In this document: positions 13,901 through 25,900 of the stretch, one piece after another | Layout: each line of letters begins with the position of its first letter | How positions within the stretch are numbered: the stretch's first letter is position 1 | Assembly: GCF_003918875.1 (NCBI RefSeq) | Contig: NW_025765359.1 | Location: 620,001 to 684,000, forward strand | Direction of reading: 5' to 3' | Origin: Haliotis rubra | Lineage: Eukaryota | DNA length: 64,000 bases | Notes under the pieces: model-generated | The model's database searches: none | What the model saw: the letters and a program-made list of their open reading frames with translations, nothing else | What the model was told of the DNA's origin: nothing | Translations under genes and position numbers: made by a program

Positions 13901-16900
13901 ACCAGTTATTGAACATATTATGTCACATATTGATGAAAAGTAAGAACTGAAATGTTTACATTTCACCGTTTCTCCATTAATTATGTCACTAAGCAGACTT
14001 GCACAATTGTAGCTCATTACAGAATTAGACTTGTAAGAAAGTCACTAGTTAATCTAGTACCCCATTAAACCAAGTATTTGAATTAGTACAATATCATTAT
14101 TTTCCCATTGAATCCATATCATTTTAGACAACAACCTCTTATAACATTGATACAGAGTTATACAGACAATAGTAAAGACAATAGTAAAGTATGTTTTATA
14201 TTTGGATATGTTTGAAACTTTACAAAGGTATATAGTCAGTTCTCAGGAAAACCTTTTTAGTCCTTTCTATATCAAATAGCAGTTGTACCTTTAATTATAA
14301 TTTGGATCGTCACTAACTGATGTAATTGTTCTCGGCTAGTGGACAAGAAGGGCCGGCGCTTGTCTCAGATCGAGATGATGAGGAAGGGGCTGAAGAAGGT
14401 GGAGAAGGCAGAAGGAAGTGACAGTGAGGAGGAGAAGGCAAGTAGTCAGATTGTTTGCAGTTTGGGATTCAGATTTGCTGTGGATCCAGACTTGTCATCC
14501 AAGCACAGATGCTTACAATTGGACCCTTAACATTCTTGCGGTATTTGTTGCCCTCCTCAAATAAACACAGCCATGTTTCATATGGTGTTGAATGAAGATA
14601 ACTGGTTAATTACATATCAATATGTGAAATTATTATTCAAATTGCTGAATACTAGTACATAAAATAGAATTTAGAATTGTACAGCATATCTGTTGGTCTT
14701 ATAGTAAGTTTTTTGGTTGTTCACAATTTTTTGCTTAAGTACAATTTGGAAAAAATAGTATGTTATTATAGATTTGTATTATATATTAATTAAAGAGTTG
14801 TCTATATCATGTTTATATTTTATTCAAACTGTATCAACCTCATGGATGTGACTTTCAGATGTTGAAGAAGGTGATAATGGTATAATAACTCCTGACAAAT
14901 TTAGCTCACCTGGTAAATATATTTTGCCATTAGCCATCATTTTGGTGAAATGCAATATTTGAGCCCCTTTTCTGTCTATATTTTGAAAGTTTGACAAGAT
15001 TGAACCCTCACACTTTAAAATATCCTAATTTGTCCCTGATAAAATTTATATTTAATATTGATTCCAATCTTGCTGTTTTAAGAAGATGACTCTGAAAAGT
15101 TTGAATTAATTGTAATATTGTTTAACCAGGAGAGCTACAGCTTTATATCAGTGACTACAATATTAAAAATGATAGATGAATTCACAAGTTGAGCAGTAAG
15201 GGCGGCATGCAAACTGTTCAACAAACTGGTTCCAGCTGAATCAATGATGGGAGCTTTGCCTTCATCTAATAATATATATCTCTCATACTAAGCAGATGTT
15301 GTAATGTTGCAAAGACCAGTATGTGCAATGGAATCATACTTGTCTAAAACTAATGATAACTTGAAAATAACGGTAATCATATTTTATGGCTCTTTTGTTT
15401 TCAAATGAGAAATACAAACTCATGCTAAATTATTTTTGTCCTATTCCCATTCTGCAAAGCAATCTTAGCAGTACAGTGATTGTAAGCCAATGTTAAAATA
15501 TAAAGTTACAATCGCCTTATTGCTGAGATGGTTCTGTGGAATGGGGCATTAGAAGACAGAAGCATTATTTAGCTGATGAAACTGTAAATTTTAGAATAGT
15601 TTTCTTCAAATTGATTAAATACCACAAGGTTAATTTAGCTTGTGATTTCCATCACTTGTCAGTGATAAAGCTTTTTCAGATTTGGTCTGAATAACATTCA
15701 AGGTTGATATATGACATAAAAGTTTGATTCCATTCCACAGAATTAACATGCTATATCACATTCCGTTTCTCTCTATGCAGTGCCATTAACATGTCTTATT
15801 TCTCAATATCCGTCATATTCCATTACTATTTCAGATTTTGGTTTATAATATTCATACTTGTGTCGTATATCTTCCCCTCACATTCCAGTTATGTGCCCAA
15901 TCCAAACTCCCATTTGTGGTACCATAACATATGCCTTTTTTAACCTTTCAATATTTTTCAGTTTTCAGTTGTACAATTTTACAATTTTAATTTTTCACTT
16001 GGTTTTCATGTGGTTTAATCACTGTGTTTTCATGTGCACATCACCCTTTATTTCAGTAAGAACTCACACTTTAGCAATGCTTTCACCTTTATTAAAAATC
16101 AGAATTCTTTTTTTGTTTTCTTCTACCGCTTTATTGTAAGAAACTATTATTTATCAAACAACATACCTACAACATATCCATGTTTATATATAATATTTTA
16201 ATACTCTTGTGCAACTTAATTCACTGATTTCTTTGTCAAAGAGATTATTAATATTCTATATTGCCCTTGCAAGCTGCATCAAAAGGGGAAAAGATTGAAA
16301 AAAATCATTTTGGAAAATTTGCATGGGTTTCAACTAGGCTGCCATGTTAGTGCGTACCCATCACCCATATGCTTCTGTGATTCTCGGCATCCTCAGGGGC
16401 GGTGGGGTATCCTAGTGGTTTAGCATTCGCTTGTCATCCTGAAGACCCGGGTTCAATTCCCCACATGGGTACAATGTGTGAGGCCCATTTCTGGTGTCCC
16501 CCGCAGTGACATTGCTGGACCACATGGGTACAATAAGTGAAGCCCATTTCTGGTGTCCCCCGCCGTGATATTGCTGGAATATTGCTAAAAGCGGCGTAAA
16601 ACCAAACTCAGGCAGTCAGACATTGCTGGAATATTGCTAAAAGCGGCATAAAACTAAACTCACTCACTCACTCACTCGGCATCCTCAGTTTTGATGCAGC
16701 TTGCCAATGATATCACTTCCCACACCAATAACACAAAGCTCCCAACATATTTTTGTTTTCTTTCAACTCTGAAAGGAGCGCTATGAAAGAGAAAGGTTCT
16801 CATACACTCGACGTGAAAAAGTGGAGCGGATAGAAGTATCAACTGAATATGCTGATCTAGACAAGGTTAAATCTAGACTAGGGCTACATGTTACATAGGC

Positions 16901-19900
16901 ATTTAGAAATGTTGGCTTTTCATGTTTTTAGCCCAATTTTGGTGTGTGATCATATGATACGTGTGTTAGTGTTCTCTTTTCCTAGAGTGCTTGGCCTAGT
17001 TGAAGGGCATACCTCTCTTTGGTGTGTGGCCTTGTTACAATATGTGCACTATCGTTTTGGCCCAAACATTTTTTCTTTCAGGAAGCCCTCATTTATGAGG
17101 GTTTCAGGAAACCTTCATTTATGAGGGTATACAAGATTCTTGAGCTCATGCTTTGAAGGATGTGTTGTTATTCAGTTCTAAGATGTAAAAGATGATCTTT
17201 GTTCTATGTGATCAAAAGATCAACACTGGGTATAGCGATCAAAATTCCTTTCATGAGAATCATTTGTTTCTTCAACTTTCTGTGTGTGAGCGAAAGAATC
17301 TTTGTATCGCCATCCTTAGGATTTAATGATGCTGATGTCTAAAAGGATGTCCCCAACCCTCAATTTTGAGGATGCAGCAATAGCTTTTCCCTCATCACTG
17401 ATGATCGTGACATTTTGAGGGATAATAGGGATGTAGTGTAGTAGATGCATTAGAACAGAAATATTTGTCATTTAGATCGTTTGTCTGTTTGTCTAAAATG
17501 TAAGCTTTTAGAAACAGCTAGAATCATCCTGTAGAGATTTTATAATTGATTCTTTTTCAGGATTTTGAAAAAAGTATTTGAAAACTATTTTTAAAAAGTA
17601 TTGAAATAACATTTTTTGTGATATAATGTAAGTAATTGTGCTGTTCATCATTCTGAATTTATGTAATTTCATTTGAATAATTTGAAAATATTCCTATAAT
17701 TTTAAAACAAACATTGCTGCCGCTGCTAAAAGATGCCCCTGCGCTTCTTGCATTTCAGGATAACTAGCTGAAGATCAGTCAAAATGAAATTTACTAACCC
17801 AGCTCGGAAGAGCACAAATATGCGTGATAATGAAGCGTAACCAGATTGTCTTGTTAATGTCAATAGCAGAAGGAATCGGCTCGCAGACAGTCAGTTGAGC
17901 TGGAGGCGCCCGTAAAGAAAGTTTCTGCTGAAAAGCTGGAAGCCCTCGAACAGCAGACGCGTAGGGCATCAATGCAAATGCGTAGGGCATCGTTAGCAGA
18001 ATGTATTCCTGATTGGCCTACGCTGTCAAAGCGACACGTCATTAAAGAGGTATAAACATATCGACAAAATAATTAACATATTTAGATACTCAAAAACTAA
18101 CAGTGTATTCATTTGGAGAAATTTCTACGATATATATATATATGTCAAGAAAGCTAACCTAACAACCCCTTTGCACCTATACACAAATTCACAGTCAAAG
18201 ACTAACTGAAGTTGATGTTGTCGGCTGTATTTATTTCATACTATGCTGTCGATGTCACCAGCTTATTCCACTCTGCACATATAGACCCTACTAACATATC
18301 TGTACACTTACTCCTTCATCAGGCCATCAGCTTCATCACCAAGATGCAGCAAGAGATGAAGAGATGCTTGTATAATAATGAGTCTCCATTGCTTTTGTAT
18401 GCTGGACATCGCACTCAAAGCATACAGAGTAAAGCAAAGTTCAGTCGAAGGCTTTGAGGATGAGATGGGTCAAGGGAAGTTCTCACAAGGTTGCAGAGTC
18501 GCGAAGTTCAAGGGGGAAGATTATATTAATGATAATGATAATAAGTATCCATTACTTTCATATGCTGGACTTCATGCTTAATGTATACTATGAAAAGGTA
18601 AATTTCAGTCAAAGGCTTTGAGGATGAGATGGTTCAAGGGAAATTCTCACAAGGTTCAAAATTGAAGGTCAAGGGGAAGATTGTTCAATTTATAGGCTGC
18701 AGTATAAGAGAAGGCTTCTTAACTTAAGGGTCAAGTTTAAATTTAGGCTCAAGAAATAGATTCTGAATGGGAAGATGGAGTTTAGGGTTGAAGAAGGTCA
18801 CAAAAATATAATGGAGCTGTTTGAAAGTTGCACCGATTGACAAAACAGACATGGGTTGATGCACTGATGTACTGGAAACCAATGAAGTTTTTTTAAAATC
18901 AGAGAGCTTGATGAAAGCTGACCACTTGCCACTCTGCTTACTGTGCTCATACTTCTTCTGACAAAGTCTCATATATTCTGCAATTGTTTCTTTACCAAAG
19001 GACGACTAATTTTGTCTGTTTCTTTGGATCAGTAAGTATCGGAAACAGCATGCAATGATAACCATTCATAATTATCTGAATGAAGCTGCCAAGGTTTATG
19101 AAGTGCGTAAAGGTTGTTGCATGAACAGATTGAACTGTGCATGGATGAATATGTTTTTATGATATATATTGTGAAAAAATATGTGCACGAAGAGTTATTT
19201 CCCTTGAAGGAACAGGAAGTTGTTTTGTGTACAAGGTAAGCAGGATCAGAGATACCAACCTTGCTGAGTACACTGTACTTGTAATACTCCATGACATCAA
19301 TAGTCTAAATACTCAAGGTACAGCAGCTCACCTTACTGAGTGGTTTAAAATTTTCACAATGTGCTAAGCCATCTAATTCATCTTGGAAATATAACTTCCG
19401 TATGATAAAAGTAGTTTTCAATGATATCATTTGATACTTTGAAAATTTTGATTGGAGAGGATATGAATCTGGAACAAGTTAATAATTTTTTAATTTAATG
19501 TTAAAACATGACTGCAAGTGTTTTGGACACTTGCTCACTTAATACCTTTAAAATATTGTATTCAACTTCTAATTGCCGTAGTTTGTGGTGTGTCCTTGGT
19601 GCAGGGTTGGTAACTCTGTGTCGCTCATGTTTGTATATGGAATATTTTACACGATTGAAATACTTTAGGAAAATGATTTTCAGTTTTAGAATGCATGTTG
19701 GTATATAGTTAGCTAGAACAAAGCTTTTTTATTGTAAACAATTACTTTCAGCTTCTATACCTTCTGGTTGTAGAAAGTATCGAATTCCTGATGCACAGAA
19801 TGTTGTCCTCAAGCACATGATAAATGAAATATTGCAAAATCTAAAACAGTCGAATCTCATTAAGTAGAAACCATGTAATTAGAAAAAATGAAAAGGGAGA

Positions 19901-22900
19901 TAAGATATGATGTTCATTGTTAATTGCATTGTATCATGGAAATTGATAAATATTTTATTGGTCCTTTGAGTCATTAATAATGGCAAGTTGATCACCAAAC
20001 CAGATGCAGTTATTTTATGCAAATGCTGACTGTGGTTAATGTGAGTACCTAGCATCTCATCTCTTATACAAACAAACACAAAGACATGTCCCTTATGTAA
20101 ATCATGATGATGATGATGAAGATGGTGATGATTTGGAGATTTGATATGGACTTTCCAACATAATGCGTATTTTTGTCATAAAGCGCACGTTAAATCTCCA
20201 AATCATCATCATCATCATATACATAAGGGACATGCCATGAGTTTGTGCATTATGTACATGAAAGACATCAGGGGTGGAAATAACTTTAAAATTGCTAGTG
20301 TACTCCGGAACAGTGGCACATGTAAAATCACTTGCCCTGATAATTATTCCACTATACCAGCCGTTTTCTCGTTGATTTAAACAACATAATTAACATTGGA
20401 AAGTCAACTGGACACCGGTACAGTGTGATATACAAATTTGCTTGCCCTACAGAAAAAAACACTTGACTCGGACGTCGGGCAATGGGTTATTTCCACCCCT
20501 GGACATGTCCCTCATGTACATGAATGACATGTCCCTTATGTACAATCTGATTTGTATCAGCTGCCTTTGGTGATAATCACTATCAGTGTGAGTCTCTTTG
20601 TAAATTGCTATTTCAAAAAGTTGTACACCCTTGTTTTAGATTACCCTTGGCTTGCAACTTATTGAGAGTCGACTGTCTCTTGTTTTTGTCATATCTAAAG
20701 AACCATAGCACAATCACAGTGATACCTTATTGGAGATTTCAGATATCAGTTTTAAATTAATTACATGTATTATTTTGAAATCACACTGATTAAATTAAAC
20801 ATCTTTTTTTCCCAAGATACAATGATATATATAGTGCTGAATTGTTAGGAATATCATGAATTAAATTCATCTGCTGTAATTTATATTCATAGTTTCTTAA
20901 ATCTTAAATGTTAAATATTTGGCATCACCAGAACACCGTAAGACATGTTATGATTTAGAAAACAGCATTCATGTTAAATACCTCCTCAATATTATTAGTT
21001 GAATTCAATTTTAACACAATAAACAGTAAAAACCTATTTCCCTGACAACAGGAGCCAGACAAGTTCTTAAAGGAGCTGGATGATGTCAAGTGTATTGAAG
21101 GAAAGGACCGCATTACCTTTTCGTGCGAGTTCTGCAAACCAAATGCCCAGGTGCGATGGTTCAAGAACAAGATGGATATTTTCCATGGCCACAAATACCA
21201 TTTGACAAATGACGATCATGAGTACAAGCTGGAGCTGTACAACGTGAAGCCAGAAGATGGTGGCAAGTACACATGTCAGTGTAACGACGTCACCACCTCA
21301 GGCTGGTTGTATGTGGAAGGTGAGAACTCTTACAAATATTTGTTGGTACTTCAAAGAACTAGTTGGAACAGTATTTCTCTAGTCATCAGCATTTGCAGCT
21401 AGTCCTGCCTAAATGAAGTAAAAATATTTTTAATTGTCAGTTTTATTCAGTTCAAATTTGTATTGAACTTGATGCATTGAGGTCTGAGTCGGAACCATAG
21501 CCCTTAGGAGCTAATTGTCGCCTAATTGAGGACTCACCACAGTTTAGTGGTCTTGGGCTAGCAGCCCAGAGTAAATTTTGAAAGTTGGTGAGGCTTTAAC
21601 TATTGACAGGCAGCACATTTGTATTTGTCTTATTAAAATTGTCATTGATTTTGAGTGAAAATTGTTAGATTAAAATCACACAAAAATCCTTAAACTACAA
21701 AAGCAACACAGCAGAGTTTGGCACTATAATCCAGAAAAAAAATAGCGAAAAGAATTGGGTTGGATGTTTTTCATATTTTTCACCTTTGAATTTATCCCAT
21801 CAGACACAAAAGACATTCATTACAGATTATGCTACACAAACTAACTCCAGAGGTACCGTCTGATCCTAGAATTTACACATTGCATGAGACTAAAATGTAC
21901 CGGTACACAGTTTATGCCCAGTGGAATCTGTTTCAACAGACATGAAGACAAGTCTTCCTCTGGCATTAATGTTTTATATTTGCCTAAGTAAACACCCAAT
22001 TAAACAAAGTGCAAAATGGTGATCAGAATATTAATGCTTTCTCTAAATCCAAGCATGTTACTAACAAAGGGAAATCAGTGTTCAGAGAGCTGCTTTCTGA
22101 TTGGCTAATTGTGATGTGACCTTGACCTTGCAGCCAAGGAGCCTGAGTACTACTTCACTCAGAAGCTGCCACAGCACCATGAGATCACCAGGAAGAAGGC
22201 TGGCATGTTGGGAGTGCTTCATCTCTGACCCCAGGGCCAGGGTCAAGTGGTACAAGGGAGATGAAGCACTGGAGGTAACATTCTTGAATACCACTAAAAA
22301 ATTTATGATGATAGTTTTGGTTGAAAAGGAATAATTCATTCAGATCACTTTCATAGTTTCAGTTTTATTGAAATATTTCTAAGTGCAGCATTAAACAGGA
22401 CTGACTGACTGCCTGAGTTTGGTTTTACGCCACTTTTAGCAGTATTCCAGCAACATCACGGCGGGGGACACCAGAAATGGGCTTCACACATTGTGCCCAT
22501 GTGGGGATTCGAACCCGGGTCTTCGGCGTGACGAGCCAACGCTTTAACCATTAGGCTACCCCACCGCCCCCATTAAACAGGAAACCATCAATATTTAAGA
22601 TAGTGCAATATGTCCAATGAATGATGAAAACGATCACTATTATTGACATTTAAGGGCATTCAAAACCATTATTGTGAGTGCAGTTTCGCTGATTTTTTTG
22701 ATTTGACAAAACTCTGATTTCATACCGATGAAATATTTGTAGCAAATTATGGCAACATCATAGTGGATATCTTTAAGCAATAATGATGAGAATGTGGTTC
22801 TCTTGTCCTGGTGATTTTCTGAAATAATGTCCAAATATGCAGGTAGCATCTCATCTACACAACAACACTTAAAGTTTGGTATGGCTGATTGGCATAAAAT

Positions 22901-25900
22901 GTATTTTCATATGGAGTGGATCCCATGGAGCTGGGGCAATGTGTTAACAACAGAATATGAAAAGACAACAAAAAAAGTGTTGACAACAGAACACTTGACT
23001 TGAAGCATTTTCGTCTGTTGCCATGATCAATAGTGAATAGAATTTTTTTTCACTAAATTGGGATAAATGTAAAATTATACTATCCATTGAGTAAGGAGTT
23101 TTATGCCCTAAGTGCAATCTTGGCTGAGAATGCCATGTTTTTGTTTTGTTTGTTGTGTAATGCTGCACTCAGCAATATTCCAGCTATTTTACAGAGGTTT
23201 GAACCTGGACTAGACAATTCAGTGATAAGGTGAGGTGAAATTGGGTTCAACGTCGTACTTGAGAATATTTCGCTCATATGACGACGTGCATGCGCGTGTA
23301 TGTGTATGTGCGGCTGTTTGTACTAGCGCAGACTGAAGCTGGTTTTATAGTGCCAGCCCACTGAGATACCATGCCGCAGTGAAGCATGAATACCCCACTC
23401 AGACACATTATACTGACTCCGAGCCGACCAGTCCTTGTTGTACCCATTAATGCCGAGCGCCAGGCAGGGACCAACAAGTACCATATTTTAACGTCTTTTG
23501 GTATGACGTGGTCGAGGATCGAACCCGCGACCTTCCACTCTCTGGGCGGACGCTCTAACCACTACACCAAGGAAGCAGTCTCTGAATTCATATTAGTGAG
23601 TGAGTCTAGTTTTACGCCACACTCAGCAATATTCCAGCTATTTTACAGAGGTTTGAACCTGGACTAGACAATTCAGTGATAAACATCATGAGCAATATCT
23701 ACACAGTTGGGATACCAAGAATGGGCTTCACACATAACATCCATTTTGGAATTAAACCTGTGTCTTTGTCATGACAGGCTAACACTTTAACCGCTACACC
23801 TCCCCTGAAATTTCAAAACAGTTAAAGACGATGAACTTACAAATATGTTTAATAATGAATTGTATACATAATATATCCTCTTTGATTTACACCTGATCAT
23901 GTCATAGTTTTAATACATTAATCATTTTATTATGTACATATACAACCATGACTAATTTGCCTATTTATTTACATTTATTAACATGATATTTACATATTTA
24001 CTATTCAGATAAAGGTAAGTACAATGTGAATATCTAGATGTCTAACCTCACACTGTTCACAATTTTATACACATGAACATGTTTTTCATTCACGTTTCTT
24101 ACTCATTTTTCTGTTCACCATCAAAGACTTGCAGTTGTTTCAACACAACACAGAATCTGTCACTGGTCATCTGTTTGGAAAGGTTATTGGAATCAAGCAT
24201 TCAATAATATTTTATCTTTTATATTTCTTGAAATACAGCAATTAAAGGATTTGACACAAAATTCAAATTCAAAATGCTTTTATCGTTTTATCAATTCTGA
24301 ACTCAGTGTTAAAAAAACGGATATTGGTTTCGTCAAGTACTACAACATTTTTGTCTTATATATTTGTTGTGGAATTTGGATGGTTCATTAAGATTGTTTT
24401 CATTCTAGTAGTATATTTTGACTGACAATAGCCTTTCCATTGAAGACCTCAACAATATGTTGTTTGTAATCCAGAACACTTCCTTGGGCAAGTAGGATTC
24501 ATTCACATATTAACCCAGTTCACATCTTGCACATGTCACAAAGATGTGTTGTTCCATCATTTCTGCAAACCTTGCACAATTTGATATTCCCAGATTAACT
24601 ATTGGGTGAATGAGTGAGAGAAACAAGCTGTTTTCTGCACCACTGTTTGCAATATCCCAGTGATATCCTACAGGATTATACAATGGTGTTAATGCATTGT
24701 AGCCATCACACAAGAGTCATTTTGTGAATGGTGAATGTTTTAACTTAATTATGCCAACTGAATTAGGAAAGGAGGTAAGATCAAGATCCACTGCCTGTTC
24801 CCCACATGCACAAATACAGATACAGTCACTTTAGTTTTTCTTCATGGCTTGACTTGGATGTTGTGAAATGATTCCTGGCAGTGCACAGTTTATGGACAAT
24901 GTTTTCCACACATCTGATATTGTCATTACCTCTTTAGGATCAATAGTTGACGTTTATGATCCTTCAATTTGTCTGATTATGTTTCCATCTGATTTTGATT
25001 CCATCCCTGATTTTGATTCAAACAGAATCAAGGCACAATGTTTCAGGAGACTCTTCAAGATTATGTGAGAGATGTGATGGTGTTTTTCTCCAAGATTGGT
25101 TCAAGCATTGACCATTAGTTTCCTTAAGTGGTAGATTTCTTCCTGACTGCGAGGAGCCATCAACTTTTTGTTTCTCCTCTTGTCAAAGCTGTTGAACCAT
25201 CTTGGCTGCCCATGAGCTCTTCTCTTCAACCTCTTCCTCTCATAGTCATCTGCTGACCCATGACCTTTATGCTTCCTGGCATGTTTATTCTTCTGTTTGA
25301 CTGATTCATAAGATGGAAAGAGCTTGGCAGGATAGGAGAAAGATCTTCCCTTAAGTCTGTCAAATAACCTTTCCTTCTCATTGAACATCTTCATGACAGG
25401 ATCCGACTCTGCTTTCTCTGGCTTGTATGGATAAGTCTGTTCAAAATCTTCCTTCCTCCTGTGCATCTGTCTTATGTCATCCTGCAGATCTTCATAATCC
25501 TCAACCTGTCGCGGTTGCAAGGCTGCAGAAGGATCAACAAAATGGTACCCTCTAGGAGCTCCAGCTCTTCTTCCTCCATGAGCAAATGTGGGACTGCTTC
25601 GACCAGTGTAGTACCATTGGAGGAATGTACCCACAGAAGCTAGGGCTCCTGAAGGAAGAGCCATCTCTTTCCACAGAAGCTGCTTAATGTCTCTAGCTTT
25701 CGGCTTGGGAGGTACCTTTACCTTAAGAAGGTAGTTGTCGTACAGGATGAAGAAGACATCACAGTACAGCCTCGGCCTGAGGAACAGAGAGGATTTGATT
25801 CCTATCCTGGTATCGAACACAGCCAGCTCATCTCCCTCATCAAACTCCTCACCAGCTAATGTTAGTTTGTAGTTTGAGAGAGACAGCCCTGACTTCATCT

